A program made the translations under genes and the position numbers. From positions 32,001 through 96,000 of IMG/VR virus record IMGVR_UViG_3300044712_001062: a stretch of 64,000 nucleotides of DNA. One strand, 5' to 3'. Shown here in pieces: positions 25,364 to 35,855 of the stretch. Origin of the DNA: a virus. A model generated the notes under the pieces. It did not search any database and was not told the DNA's origin. It saw nothing but the letters and a program-made list of their open reading frames with translations. Within the stretch, counting starts at the first letter, position 1. Each line of letters starts with the position of its first letter.

Positions 25364-26044
25364 TTAATATAAGCGCATTCCATAACACGCAAGAGAATAA
25401 TTACTACTGAATGACGATTTACCAATCACAACCAATTCGATTAAATTATAACCAGCGATTAATGAATTACTTAATGTGACTTCACGCTGTGCATTGGTAG
25501 ATGTTGAGGTATAATCATCATAACCTCCGGAATCCCTTACGCCATTAATATATAAATCATATACTGCACGAGTATTAAATTTATTATTGCTAAAGGATAG
25601 TTTAGTTTCGTTTCCTATTGCGTATATTCTAAATTGATAGCGATCATTGATGGCTGGACTATCCATTATAGTATCATATGATCCAATAGATACTACTTTA
25701 ATAGTGCTATTATTTATGATTTTATTTAATCTTGTTATTGTCCCGGTAACTGGAAGGCAATTATTAGATATATAAGTTCTAATTGCTTTTTCGCTTGGGA
25801 CTTTAAGATCGGTGTTGGTTGATAATGTTCCATCAGTATCCAAATAACTAATTGGCATTTGAGCATCATTAGTAACATTACCAAGCCCTACTTGCGATTT
25901 GGTAACATTATGGGGATTAGTGGTTACATTATCCATATGTCCGGTAGTTTCACTTACCATGTCATTCCAATCACTTGCATTTAAACGACCATTTATAGCA
26001 TCAGTTGGTGCGTTGTCAATTTTAGTAGTTTTCCAAGTCATCAT
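25364..26044 (-). CDS. Tail-fibre-like virion protein
   Basis: NPHNVTKSQVGLGNVTND fibre repeat and DTDGTLS...VPSEKAI motif. Confidence 0.75.
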   Translation of the reverse strand: MMTWKTTKIDNAPTDAINGRLNASDWNDMVSETTGHMDNVTTNPHNVTKSQVGLGNVTNDAQMPISYLDTDGTLSTNTDLKVPSEKAIRTYISNNCLPVTGTITRLNKIINNSTIKVVSIGSYDTIMDSPAINDRYQFRIYAIGNETKLSFSNNKFNTRAVYDLYINGVRDSGGYDDYTSTSTNAQREVTLSNSLIAGYNLIELVVIGKSSFSSNYSLACYGMRLY

Positions 26045-26055
26045 ACACCACCTCG

Positions 26056-26358
26056 TTAAATGCCCTCAAACTCGGCATAAATTTTAACATTAATTGCTCT
26101 ACCTTTGTATATGGAGCCATCAGTCATTTCAGCGTATGATTGGATGATGTAAGTTCCTGCTTCATCCAGATCACCATCAACTGTATTATATTCGATTTGG
26201 CCATTAACTGCACTACCATAAATACTGGCAGTCCATTCTTGTTTGGCTAATGAAGGTTTTCTAACTAATATTTTAACAGTTTGATAATCAGTTAGATCAA
26301 TATTCATATTTAACTGAAAGGTAATTCCTATTGAATTTCGATATATGTAATATGCCAT
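26056..26358 (-). CDS. BppU-like/Ig-fold virion (baseplate) protein
   Basis: VKILVRKPS...W.A....GQIEY...GDLDEAGTYIIQ pattern; located in the tail module. Confidence 0.6.
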   Translation of the reverse strand: MAYYIYRNSIGITFQLNMNIDLTDYQTVKILVRKPSLAKQEWTASIYGSAVNGQIEYNTVDGDLDEAGTYIIQSYAEMTDGSIYKGRAINVKIYAEFEGI

Positions 26359-26417
26359 TGGGGTTCTCCAAGTTTAGACTGGATTTTTACATTATAAAAA
26401 ATAGAGGTGATCAAAAA

Positions 26418-26630
26418 TTAGTAAAGGATCAAGTTGTCTACTTTAGAATTTAATGAAATTGTTTGGTCTACCTGGCTATCTAATGCCAAACTCTTATCGA
26501 TATATGAATCACGAATTACGTCAAATGCTCGATCAGCATGTGTCCATCCAAATGTTAATAGTCCATAAGTAGATTGACCAAAAACAGATGATGGGGTTGC
26601 AGTAACTATTTGTTCATTTTGTCCTGCCAT
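26418..26630 (-). CDS. Small virion-module protein
   Basis: 70-aa ORF with GGAGA RBS, within the tail cluster. Confidence 0.55.
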   Translation of the reverse strand: MAGQNEQIVTATPSSVFGQSTYGLLTFGWTHADRAFDVIRDSYIDKSLALDSQVDQTISLNSKVDNLILY

Positions 26631-26644
26631 AATAATTCTCCATA

Positions 26645-27073
26645 TTATAAATTGGATGAGTTTCCCTCATCTATAATAATTCCTGAATCTCCACCATCCT
26701 CAATAACATCATTAGGTCCTTCAATTACAATTGGATGCGTTCGTTCTGGATAGATGTATAACCATTGAAGTTCTGAATTTGGAAAAGTTCGAGATAAATT
26801 TCCATTTGTTATAGTAAATTTCAATCTATACATTCCAGTATCCATAGTATCTAATATAGTAAATTTGATTAATCCTTCAGTTTGTTCGACAAATTCAACC
26901 TCACCATTTTCCACCAGGTATTTTTTAGTAAAATCGTTAAGAATGCTATATGTTACTTGATCAGTGTCTTTTATAGGATATGGTTCATAATTAACGATTG
27001 TTTTATTATACTGAATTAATTGATAATTTATATTTGGTCGATCTCCTTGTTGAACTCGAATCGTTTCTAACAT
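26645..27073 (-). CDS. BppU N-terminal-like virion protein
   Basis: VQQGDRP...GLIKF...DTGMYRLKFTIT...RTFP pattern. Confidence 0.6.
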   Translation of the reverse strand: MLETIRVQQGDRPNINYQLIQYNKTIVNYEPYPIKDTDQVTYSILNDFTKKYLVENGEVEFVEQTEGLIKFTILDTMDTGMYRLKFTITNGNLSRTFPNSELQWLYIYPERTHPIVIEGPNDVIEDGGDSGIIIDEGNSSNL

Positions 27074-27122
27074 TTTTAAATTTTCCCTTTGTAATTTTTA
27101 AAAATATAATGGTGGTTTAGAA

Positions 27123-29981
27123 TTACCAGAATAGTAATTGTCTCCACATTGGAGTTCCTGCAGCGGCTCCTGTATGCTGGAGTATATATAAGTATTTGAG
27201 GCCATCAATAGTTTGGATGATATCCATTCTTGCACCAATCAATGCTGCACCCATACCATAAGTTACTTGTCCAGCACCTTCAATTGTGCCAGTGACAGTG
27301 TTTAATGCATAAATTCTCCCCGTTGCATTTACTTGGACAAATATTCTGTCTTTGCCATCGTAACACCACATAGTTCCGGTTGTGAATAATTCACTCTGTG
27401 GCATCATGGTGAATGTTAGATCGTAGAGTTCAGTGGTGATGTCATAGCGATCTATTACATTGCTGTTACCACCTCTTGGGATTAAGAAGTATCTGCCGGG
27501 ATTAGTGGTGGAATTTGAAAGCCACTGAATGGAAGTTCCTGCACCTCTTGCTGGTGGATCCATGATAGCGTATACTGAACTGTTGACTACTGGAATTGTA
27601 GTGAAGACACCTACGCACGTAATGGCAGTTGTTGTGTTGCCTGTGATGGCAATTTCTTGACCAGCACCGTCACCAGCGACGATTCGAAGACGTTTTCCTG
27701 CCCACATGTTAGTCTGCCACAATTTAGTAGAATCAGTTAATACTGCGTTGGTTGTGTTGGTAATTGCAGTAACGAGACCATAGGTGTCCATTATTTCGTA
27801 TTTAGTGGTTGCATCTGGGGTGAATCCTGCAGATGAATACGTTAGGGTTGTTGGTGTGTTACTGGTGATGGTAATTTCGTTTTTATCGAATCCGGTGCCA
27901 CTTACTACGCGGAATTTGTAACCAGCCCATTGATTCCCAATCCAGTTTTTAGTGGTGTCAATTAATGTTGTTAGTGATCCACCCGTTGCATATCCAGTTG
28001 CACTTAATGTTGGATTTTTGTATTGAACGGCGCGACCAAAGGGTTTGACATCGTGAATAATGTAGCGGGATGTTCCGTTCGTTGCCGCTGCTCCCATAAC
28101 TGGAGATACAGTGATTGTAGTAGCAGTATTTGCAGTGATTCGACGCAATGTTGCTGCTCCAGCCTGACCTGCTGCTGAAACTTGAATGATTTTACCAATG
28201 TGTTCGCCGGGAGTCCATGCTTGTGATGAATCAGCGATGATAGCGGTAGTTTGTGCTTGTGCTGCGGTGGCCGCTCCTGCTGCAGTAATGGCGAATTCAA
28301 GGGTTGTTAGTGATGGAACTCCTAATACTGTGTAAGTTCCTGCCCATAATGTGTCACCAGTAAATTTAACAGATTCACCAATTTTAATGGCATGACTCAT
28401 TGCAGTAGTGACAAGTCCAACTGTGCCAACTGTGGATATGGTTACGGCACCTGCAGATCCAGTTCCACCAGATGTTGCTGAAGTTCCTGCTGAATATCCA
28501 GAACCACATGCTACGAGTGCAAGTGATGAAATGGCTCCTGCAGTGGTAGTGCCAGTTACTATGACTTTGCCGTTTGTACCGGTGGTTGTTAATGTTAATA
28601 TATCACCAACAGAATAACCAGTTCCTGCGGTTTGTGGGGTTGCTGAAATTGCAGTGACACCAGTTACGTTTCGAGCACCAGAAGTAACACCGTATGCTTC
28701 CATTCCACCAGTTTGGACTGCCATCTGACGAGCAATACCAAAGCCGAATACTGAACCTTGTGTCCAATTGTCGGAATCTTCAAAGTGTTGGTAAATGGCT
28801 GGTGATGCATTTCCTACAAGATATTCAGCATCTCGATTTGCATAAATTTTGTAGACTGATGTGTTGTCAGGTGTAGTGTCGAATGCTCGATTAACAGTGA
28901 GAGTAGTTGGTGAATTGGCAATTATACGACGACCTTGACCGATTCCAGTTCCTGAAGAAATGAACACTTCAAAGTTACAGTATTGATCAACGGTCCATGT
29001 TTTGGTGGAATCTACGATAGTTCGTGCAGTTCCAGATGATGCAGTTCCGGTGTCGTAAATTCCTGCAATTTCACCAGTTCGTTCAATGGCAATGTCAGTT
29101 CCAAGGGCTGCTGTTAATAGACCACCTATGGCTGAACGGGTTGACCATGTATCAGATAAAATGTCGTAAACCTGATAGGTGTAGAATGGTGTTGCTGCTG
29201 CTGAACTCACTAATAGAATTGCACCGCTATGAATCTGGAACCATGAGAGTGAGTCGGGTGTTGGTGAATATGCGGTGTTAACAGTGATAATTTGAGATTC
29301 AATGGTGTAGTTGGTCTGTGTTCCTGCTGCTGATACTGGGAGTGCGTAAGGTGCGGTTGCTGAAAATCCAGTGTTTCCCTGTGCGAAATGTTGTTGCCAG
29401 TTTACATCGTAGAAGTAAAGGTTGGTGGCATCATTATAGAGGATTTTACGGTATTGGGTCTGACCAGTTCCATAGACAAGTTTGCACTGGTAACCTTTCC
29501 ACTGATTAAAGTTCCATTTTTTGACGTTGTCAGTAATGGAGGCTGCTGCAGCGGTAGTACAAACACCGTGATCTTTGATGATTGGTTCTGCAGATGATAG
29601 AATGGTTCGTTCTTGTCCCTGTCCAGTTCCACTCATAATTCGGATAGTTTCGCCATTTAATCGGTTGGCTTGAAGTCCCGGAATTTCGAGGGTTGTTGAA
29701 CTTGGTGCTGATAATACACGACCAACATAACGTCCATATGGTGAAAATTTCATTGCAACGGCAGTTAATGCTGCAGTTGGTGGTGATGCTAATTGAGTGA
29801 AGGTGTCAGTTACAGTATCGTATCTCCAGAAAGTTGCTCCTGATATAACGTAGAAGTATCGTTCTCCGGGAATTTCAACTGCTGACATTGCTGATAATGC
29901 TGGTGTTGCTGCTGGAAGAAATCTCATCCATTCAAAGACAGGCACATCAACTTGTGCTTTATTATTATTTGTTACGGGCAT
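27123..29981 (-). CDS. Large Thr/Gly-rich virion/adhesin protein with ~70-aa beta repeats
   Basis: About five or six repeats of DxTKxWxxNQWxGxxxxIxxGTGxGQxRxIxxNTxTTLT; propeller-like N- and C-terminal parts. Likely start ATG 29981 (GGAG RBS). Confidence 0.8.
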   Translation of the reverse strand: MPVTNNNKAQVDVPVFEWMRFLPAATPALSAMSAVEIPGERYFYVISGATFWRYDTVTDTFTQLASPPTAALTAVAMKFSPYGRYVGRVLSAPSSTTLEIPGLQANRLNGETIRIMSGTGQGQERTILSSAEPIIKDHGVCTTAAAASITDNVKKWNFNQWKGYQCKLVYGTGQTQYRKILYNDATNLYFYDVNWQQHFAQGNTGFSATAPYALPVSAAGTQTNYTIESQIITVNTAYSPTPDSLSWFQIHSGAILLVSSAAATPFYTYQVYDILSDTWSTRSAIGGLLTAALGTDIAIERTGEIAGIYDTGTASSGTARTIVDSTKTWTVDQYCNFEVFISSGTGIGQGRRIIANSPTTLTVNRAFDTTPDNTSVYKIYANRDAEYLVGNASPAIYQHFEDSDNWTQGSVFGFGIARQMAVQTGGMEAYGVTSGARNVTGVTAISATPQTAGTGYSVGDILTLTTTGTNGKVIVTGTTTAGAISSLALVACGSGYSAGTSATSGGTGSAGAVTISTVGTVGLVTTAMSHAIKIGESVKFTGDTLWAGTYTVLGVPSLTTLEFAITAAGAATAAQAQTTAIIADSSQAWTPGEHIGKIIQVSAAGQAGAATLRRITANTATTITVSPVMGAAATNGTSRYIIHDVKPFGRAVQYKNPTLSATGYATGGSLTTLIDTTKNWIGNQWAGYKFRVVSGTGFDKNEITITSNTPTTLTYSSAGFTPDATTKYEIMDTYGLVTAITNTTNAVLTDSTKLWQTNMWAGKRLRIVAGDGAGQEIAITGNTTTAITCVGVFTTIPVVNSSVYAIMDPPARGAGTSIQWLSNSTTNPGRYFLIPRGGNSNVIDRYDITTELYDLTFTMMPQSELFTTGTMWCYDGKDRIFVQVNATGRIYALNTVTGTIEGAGQVTYGMGAALIGARMDIIQTIDGLKYLYILQHTGAAAGTPMWRQLLFW

Positions 29982-29982
29982 A

Positions 29983-30150
29983 TTATACTCCAATCGAATT
30001 TAACTGTGTAATGGTAATTTTGGTTTCATTGAATTCTGCTTCAAGGGATGCATATCGTTCAATGTTACCTTCATTCATTGCGACGATCATTGCCTGTTCA
30101 AGTGTGTTTAGTTTGTTTGTAGCAAACGTCTTTAAAACATCTATATTCAT
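29983..30150 (-). CDS. Small coiled-coil protein (55 aa; below the ORF-track cutoff)
   Basis: MNIDVLKTFATNKLNTLEQAMIVAMNEGNIERYASLEAEFNETKITITQLNSIGV*; fills the gap exactly, GGAG RBS. Confidence 0.65.
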   Translation of the reverse strand: MNIDVLKTFATNKLNTLEQAMIVAMNEGNIERYASLEAEFNETKITITQLNSIGV

Positions 30151-30152
30151 AT

Positions 30153-30695
30153 TTAACTCCATGATAAGTTACTGCGAAGAGTATTTCCATAAATCATTCG
30201 CATATTATCCATTAATTGTAGACGAGGATCAATACCACCAAATGTTGCGACGTTACCCACCGGCACTGCATTAGTTACAGTAGTTACAGTTCCCACAGTT
30301 GTAACAGTTCCGCTGGCAATTATCGCTGAATCACAAACGGTGCGTTGACGTTGTTGAACATCTTGAGTTGCCGATGGCTCTAAAAACTTGGTGATTTGTT
30401 TAAGTTGCCATAAGTTTTTCTCGAAAAAGTCAGCAATGTTGGTTGACATCGCAGCATCATCATAATAAATTTGTAGGATATCACTGTTATCCATTGATGA
30501 TGTATCATAATCCAACGTTAGAACATTGGCATTTACGGTTCCACCAGTTGATGGATCTGCGAAATTGTAAATGATGATATTGTCAGTTACATTCGTAATT
30601 AATAGAACACTTGCAAGTGAAATTGAAGTGTAATCATTAAAAGTGATTTGTCGTGTGGCTTTGTTGAATGTATAGTCAAAAATTAAAGTTTTCAT
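30153..30695 (-). CDS. Virion structural protein (tail/baseplate-associated)
   Basis: YTFN...LLITNVTDNIIIYNFADP...LDYDTSSM...LQIYYD motif, recalled from phage structural proteins. Confidence 0.7.
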   Translation of the reverse strand: MKTLIFDYTFNKATRQITFNDYTSISLASVLLITNVTDNIIIYNFADPSTGGTVNANVLTLDYDTSSMDNSDILQIYYDDAAMSTNIADFFEKNLWQLKQITKFLEPSATQDVQQRQRTVCDSAIIASGTVTTVGTVTTVTNAVPVGNVATFGGIDPRLQLMDNMRMIYGNTLRSNLSWS

Positions 30696-30698
30696 TTC

Positions 30699-33600
30699 TC
30701 ACCCCAAGGCGATTGATAATGCAATGGCAATTGCTTGTGATACTCCACCACTTGAAGCCGGTAACTGACCACTTGGAACTTTACCATCTGCACCCAAACT
30801 TGCTATTCCATTCACATTTCCTTTACTTGATATAAAGGTATCAATCTGTGCATGAGTATTTGTACCTTGATCATAGGTGTGAGAATGAGTGCTAATAGTT
30901 CCAATTAACTTGGCTTCGATTTCAGCACCAGTTATGTCAGAATTCTTTTGGGCATCTGAAGGTGCATGAGTTGCCTGGCTATGATCATATGCAGTTTTAC
31001 CTTTATCACCGACATATGCAGTGGTTGACGATTCTCCTAATGCTAAATGCGCTGATGATATATGAGATTGGATATTAACATTGGCAGGTTCATAAACTCC
31101 AGTGTGATTATGTGTTGATATTGCATATGTTGATGTATCAATGGACCATGTATTTTCTGCAGTTTTCTTTAGTAATCCATATGTTCCAGTTAATGCTGCA
31201 ATGTTTGTTAGATCGGTATCTGCTGGTTGATATACACCACTATGATTATGTGTGGATATAGCGGCATCAGTAATTCCATAACCAGCGAGGGTAGTTGCTG
31301 GATTTTGTTTACCATTCCAAGTTGACTTTTCGGTGTCAGTTACAAAACGGTTGGTTGAATCTTGAGTAATTATACTTGGTGGGTGATTTGCTGGATGAGT
31401 ATAGTTGTTGGCATCACTTGGGGCATGTAATGATGTTATGTGGGTTTGAATTGCTGCATCGGCTGGTTCATAACTGTGAGTGTGGGAATTTATTCCACCA
31501 GTTAATACACTTTCAATTTCACTTTTAGTTATGTCAGAGTTTTTCTGGGCATTGCTTGGAGCATGTGAAGATTGGCTGTGATTGTAGGCAGTGTTACCAT
31601 AATCACCACGGAATGCCGTAGATGAAGTTGTACCGAGTGCCACACCTTCATTAATACGGACGTAAACGGTTCCAGACCACCTATATGCGTAGTTAGTATC
31701 GATGGTAATGTATGCGACTCCAGAATCGCCAGTAACTGGAAGTGCTGCATAATTGGCAACTTCAATGATATCGTCTACGTATGCGGGTAATTGAGTTGTC
31801 GGGATTTTACCACTTTCATTGAGGGATGCCAAACCATTTACTGCACCTTTACTCGCAATAAACGTGTCAATCGTTGAATGTGAATTGGTGCCTGCCCCCG
31901 ATAAGTTTTGGTGAGTGATGTTGCTTTCGTTGATATCGAGGTTTATGGAGTGGTGATCGGTGTCATCGGTTAAACTTAATTTATTACTCAATACGTGAAT
32001 ATTTTTGAATTGGAGGTCTACACCAGACTTTTGGAAGTATAATCCAGTGCCTAAAGTTCCTTGGTTTGATGCTGTATTAACTTCTCCACCAGATCCACCA
32101 CCACTTGCTACGTCAAATAGTCCAAGTTTTCCTGCAGGAATAAACTCTGCTTTAGCAGGATTAGTTAAATCATTTGTACCTTGTTGAACTACAATCCAAC
32201 CACGGAATGTATCGGCTGTGTTGTAGGGGTTTATTTCAATAGCAGTTTGAATTGCAGATTTTGCTGCTTCAAGGGTTGCATATTCAACTTGTCCATATTG
32301 AATGTCATTGGAATTGGTGTATGCGTAGAGTGATACAACTTGAATTGTCCAATATCCTGCAGTTACATCAACGAGTGTTCCGTTTCCATCATCATAGTGA
32401 TCTGGGTCTATAGTTGTTGTGGCTGCTTCATTTGAAACCCATCCACCATCACCGTCTCGATAATAGTAGTAGAATTCACAAGGGCCTTCTGCATTTGATA
32501 CAATGACATTTGGTGATTTTTTAGATACACTGTAATTTGCGCAATTATCGAAAGTTCTACCTGCAGATCGTTTAATAGTTAGACCACTGTTGGCTGAATA
32601 AGTGTTACCCTCGATGTTGAATGCACCGAAATTTTCCAAGAAGTCAGTTAACTGGGCTTGTAAATCACAATTGTAAGTGGGTTCAGTTCGAGCATCAGTA
32701 ATTTCAGTTGCACCGGGACCGGGATGATCAAGCCATCCTATTACAATGAGATCACGACGATCATCATCAGTATACATATCACTGGTAACTAAAATGTCAC
32801 CATCGGCATTGATACAAACATATGAAGTATCGACTGTCGCAATGTAAGGGTCATCAAGGGCTGTTTGCGATTCCCAAGTTACCAAAGTTTTAACAGGGTG
32901 TAACGGATCGGTGTAATTGTTAATGACGATACCTGAACCTGCTGATATGTCAAATTTAGTTGGGTTAACATTGATTGAAAGTTCTCCACCAGTTAATAGA
33001 CCAGTTGATAATGCGGTGATATATTGGTTATGCTCGGCAATTGCAGCAGTTGATAATGGCTTGTTTAAATCACTGGTATTATCAACATTGTTTAATGATA
33101 GATCGGTTTTGGTGAGTCCATGTAGATTTCCAGTTGCTTGAGAGTGATCATAGGCTGTTTTACCACGATCTCCACGGTATGCTGTAGTATTAGTTTCACC
33201 GAGTTGTAAAGTGGTATGATCGTGGGTTGATATAGTGCCGATTAATTTGGCTTCGATTTCAGCCTTGGTTATGTCAGCATTGGCTTGTGCTGAAGCAGGA
33301 GCATGAGGTGTCGAAATATGAGTTTGGATGTTTGCATTGGCTGGTTCTGCCCCAATTTGTGATGCATTAACTCCATGAGGGTTGTTAGTTGCTGAAATGT
33401 GTGATTGGATGTTATTGTTGTAGGGTTCGTAAATTCCACTGTGGTTATGATTGGTATCAGATTTTGCTGATAATGTTGTATCTAAATTTGTTATGTCAGT
33501 TTGAGCATGAACATGTGGATTTGGATTACGAGTATCTGACAACCTGGAATCATTTGTATTAACTTTGTTAGATAGATCAGATGCAGAAGCCTTTAAATTT

Positions 33601-33917
33601 AATTCACTTTCAAGTTCAGCATGTGTTTTAGTTCCAATGTTAGTTAGTAAAGTATGATCTCTCACACCTTCTATCGATCCATTAATCCACGTACCATTTG
33701 AATATTTTAAACCTTGGCCGTTAACTGGAGTATCTATTTGAACGTCCTGGAGATTATCTAATTGATTATCATATGGTAAAGAATTCCAAGATACAATACC
33801 ATTACCAATCTTCCAATTCCCAGTATCGGTTTCGTAGGCTTGCTCGCCTTCAAGTAACACTGGATTGGACATTGACCAATTCAATGCTGTATCTCTCAAA
33901 ACTTGTCTTCGCACCAT
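30699..33917 (-). CDS. Long tail fibre protein (Mtd_N/hyaluronidase-type N-terminal anchor)
   Basis: RDTALNW...NPVLLEGEQAYETDTGNWKIGNG..SWNSLPY N-terminus. HxH repeats, AYRGDRGKTAYDHSQ and HAPSxAQKNSDIT repeats, NGLASL...GKIP.xQLP. Confidence 0.85.
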   Translation of the reverse strand: MVRRQVLRDTALNWSMSNPVLLEGEQAYETDTGNWKIGNGIVSWNSLPYDNQLDNLQDVQIDTPVNGQGLKYSNGTWINGSIEGVRDHTLLTNIGTKTHAELESELNLKASASDLSNKVNTNDSRLSDTRNPNPHVHAQTDITNLDTTLSAKSDTNHNHSGIYEPYNNNIQSHISATNNPHGVNASQIGAEPANANIQTHISTPHAPASAQANADITKAEIEAKLIGTISTHDHTTLQLGETNTTAYRGDRGKTAYDHSQATGNLHGLTKTDLSLNNVDNTSDLNKPLSTAAIAEHNQYITALSTGLLTGGELSINVNPTKFDISAGSGIVINNYTDPLHPVKTLVTWESQTALDDPYIATVDTSYVCINADGDILVTSDMYTDDDRRDLIVIGWLDHPGPGATEITDARTEPTYNCDLQAQLTDFLENFGAFNIEGNTYSANSGLTIKRSAGRTFDNCANYSVSKKSPNVIVSNAEGPCEFYYYYRDGDGGWVSNEAATTTIDPDHYDDGNGTLVDVTAGYWTIQVVSLYAYTNSNDIQYGQVEYATLEAAKSAIQTAIEINPYNTADTFRGWIVVQQGTNDLTNPAKAEFIPAGKLGLFDVASGGGSGGEVNTASNQGTLGTGLYFQKSGVDLQFKNIHVLSNKLSLTDDTDHHSINLDINESNITHQNLSGAGTNSHSTIDTFIASKGAVNGLASLNESGKIPTTQLPAYVDDIIEVANYAALPVTGDSGVAYITIDTNYAYRWSGTVYVRINEGVALGTTSSTAFRGDYGNTAYNHSQSSHAPSNAQKNSDITKSEIESVLTGGINSHTHSYEPADAAIQTHITSLHAPSDANNYTHPANHPPSIITQDSTNRFVTDTEKSTWNGKQNPATTLAGYGITDAAISTHNHSGVYQPADTDLTNIAALTGTYGLLKKTAENTWSIDTSTYAISTHNHTGVYEPANVNIQSHISSAHLALGESSTTAYVGDKGKTAYDHSQATHAPSDAQKNSDITGAEIEAKLIGTISTHSHTYDQGTNTHAQIDTFISSKGNVNGIASLGADGKVPSGQLPASSGGVSQAIAIALSIALG

Positions 33918-33970
33918 AATTACCAATGGTGGATATTTACAATATAAAATAGGGGTGTGGATAAAAATTT

Positions 33971-34531
33971 TTATAATGTTAAAATAGAATGCTTAATTTT
34001 ATCCACAGTAACTTGAAGAGGATATAATCCAGTATCAAAATAAATAACATTCAAATTGAATAATTTAAATATCAATTTATATCTTTCTATTATTGATTCT
34101 GCATATTTAATAGTCATATATTCCTGGCGAGCATTACACCGTTGAAATAAAGTAAATGGTGTTGAATATAAAAATATTACTAATTCGGGTTTGATAATAT
34201 TAGATGGTTGCGCGTTAAACACTTCACTTATTGCATCAAATGGACAACATCCAAATTCCGATTCTAATTTAAGACTTTGATAAGTTAGTGAGCAAATGTA
34301 ACTGCGATCAGAAATTGTTAACTGATCATCATAGACTTTTATGGTGTTGTATAATTTCTCTCGATCTTCTGCAAACAATTTAATTTCGTCAAATGTATTT
34401 TCAACATTGAGTAATTTTAATTTAGTTTCAGGACTTGGTTCTCGAATATATTTTGCCTGAAGGCAATCTTTTAATAGATTAATTATTGTAGTTTTCCCAC
34501 TACCATCACAACCAACAAAATGAATTAACAT
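33971..34531 (-). CDS. tmk: Thymidylate (dTMP) kinase
   Basis: P-loop GCDGSGKTT, REP, and DRSYxxSxxYQ motifs. Confidence 0.9.
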   Translation of the reverse strand: MLIHFVGCDGSGKTTIINLLKDCLQAKYIREPSPETKLKLLNVENTFDEIKLFAEDREKLYNTIKVYDDQLTISDRSYICSLTYQSLKLESEFGCCPFDAISEVFNAQPSNIIKPELVIFLYSTPFTLFQRCNARQEYMTIKYAESIIERYKLIFKLFNLNVIYFDTGLYPLQVTVDKIKHSILTL

Positions 34532-34594
34532 ACTATATATAGTGTGTTAATTATATAAAAAATAGAGGGTGAAAATTTTATAAATTTACAAATT

Positions 34595-34957
34595 TCAAGT
34601 TATATCACTTGCTGATATTCGCTGAATGATTCGAACATTTTCTTTCATATCCTGCATTTTGGCAATGAATATATTTTCAAGATCTTTTCCAATTTGCCTG
34701 GGGGTTTTTGCAGGGGTGTAAACATTGGTTGGTCTGCCAAATCCTGCTCTAATTGTTTCAGATACTCTAATAAACCCCATCATCTTTAATTCTTTAAGAG
34801 CATTTGATACCTCGGGTTGCCTCAAATCAGTAATTCTTTCTATTTCATGTTGAGTAGACTCGGGATTCTGGAGGATAAATGCTAATACCCTCGCATTTCT
34901 TTCTTTCATCGAGAGTTGTTTCATAGCATCGATGATTACTTCGGTGTTTGTTGACAT
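34595..34957 (-). CDS. Archaeal wHTH transcriptional regulator (COG4738-like)
   Basis: EIERITDLRQPEVSNAL...GxGRP...Y motif, recalled as characteristic of methanomicrobial regulators; leaderless, with TATATAAG 22 nt upstream. Confidence 0.85.
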   Translation of the reverse strand: MSTNTEVIIDAMKQLSMKERNARVLAFILQNPESTQHEIERITDLRQPEVSNALKELKMMGFIRVSETIRAGFGRPTNVYTPAKTPRQIGKDLENIFIAKMQDMKENVRIIQRISASDIT

Positions 34958-34979
34958 AATACATAGTATGCGGTCTATG

Positions 34980-34987
34980 CTTATATA
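34980..34987 (-). promoter_or_regulatory. Archaeal TATA box for leaderless HTH gene
   Basis: TATATAAG followed by exactly 22 nt, then ATG (34957). Confidence 0.7.
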
Positions 34988-35297
34988 TGTATCGTTGAAT
35001 CTTACTTTGATTATAGTTTGGAGAATAGATATGAGAATAAATAAATTAAAACAGATAATGTAAGTTTAACTCTTTCATATTCTCCTTGGATGATATATGA
35101 GTTCCTTTACATAACAACGATCGTTTTCAGTTTTTAATTTACAATTTTGACACTTTGGGTTTTGAATACAAGTGTTAATAAAGTTCCTTGTTACCTTAAT
35201 TCTAATCACAAAATATAGATGGACGTGCTATTATTTAATATTTAAGATATGGCGATCATTGGAATATTATAGAAAGGTATTTATAATGTAAAGAACT

Positions 35298-35373
35298 ATT
35301 TGTATGTGCTACGATGACAAAGCAAAATGGAGAAGGACATAAGGAACCCTTTTCCTTTCTGTTTTGTTAAGGG
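35298..35373 (+). ncRNA. Dispersed hairpin-RNA element, copy C
   Basis: TTTATAAT 35280-35287, 10 nt, ATTTGTATGTGCT. Hairpin UGACAAAGCA/UGUUUUGUUA + GGAGAAGG/CCUUUUCC. Ends GTTTTGTTAAGGG. Confidence 0.7.
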
Positions 35374-35758
35374 AATTTCTTGAGATTTAATTTGCTTTTT
35401 TCGATTTGTCGCTTTTCGATATAGTTCTCCAAGAAGGATTTGATGATTATTTGTCTATTGGTTCTCCAAGAAGGACTTAAATGATCAATTATTGACATTC
35501 ACATTCTTATGGTATTCGATGTTATGAGTGTGATCGATGATCATATCGTCTTTGATCTGATATCGAATTCTCATGTGGTTGTATGCGTTGTCTATGAACG
35601 TGCCATAGTTTATGATGTCATAAAGCATGGAGTTGTATTCATTGGTGGTCAATATTCTTTTATGCATAGTGATCGGTTGACAGTATATAAAGGTTTGTAT
35701 AACCCCAGATGAGATTTGACCTCACGAAAGGTTGGTTGGCGTGGAGGATCGATTAATG

Positions 35759-35834
35759 TCATAACAAACAACAAAGAAGAAAAAGATCTGTTTCTTTTCT
35801 TCTGTGTTATTGGTTACTTGGTGCACATACAAAT
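35759..35834 (-). ncRNA. Dispersed hairpin-RNA element, copy D
   Basis: Minus strand: TTTATAAA (35854-35847), 12 nt, ATTTGTATGTGCAC. Hairpin UAAC-AAUAACA-AGAAGAAAAGA / UCUUUUUCUUCU-UGUUGUU-GUUA. Confidence 0.7.
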
Positions 35835-35855
35835 ATGTCTTTACTGTTTATAAAA

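Larger units (their letters stand above)
3586..25425 (-). other. Hypervariable array of roughly 80 small, co-oriented accessory ORFs (many Cys/Zn-finger or membrane micro-proteins)
   Basis: Dense, non-overlapping 50-180 aa minus-strand ORFs with ATGA/TAATG overlaps and recurring RBS motifs (GGAGA, GAGGT, GGTGA). Confidence 0.85.

Noticed and set aside
30699-33926. Diversity-generating retroelement target (Mtd_N-like N-terminus)
   Set aside because: No reverse transcriptase and no TR/VR pair differing at adenines seen. Internal repeats are ordinary fibre repeats.
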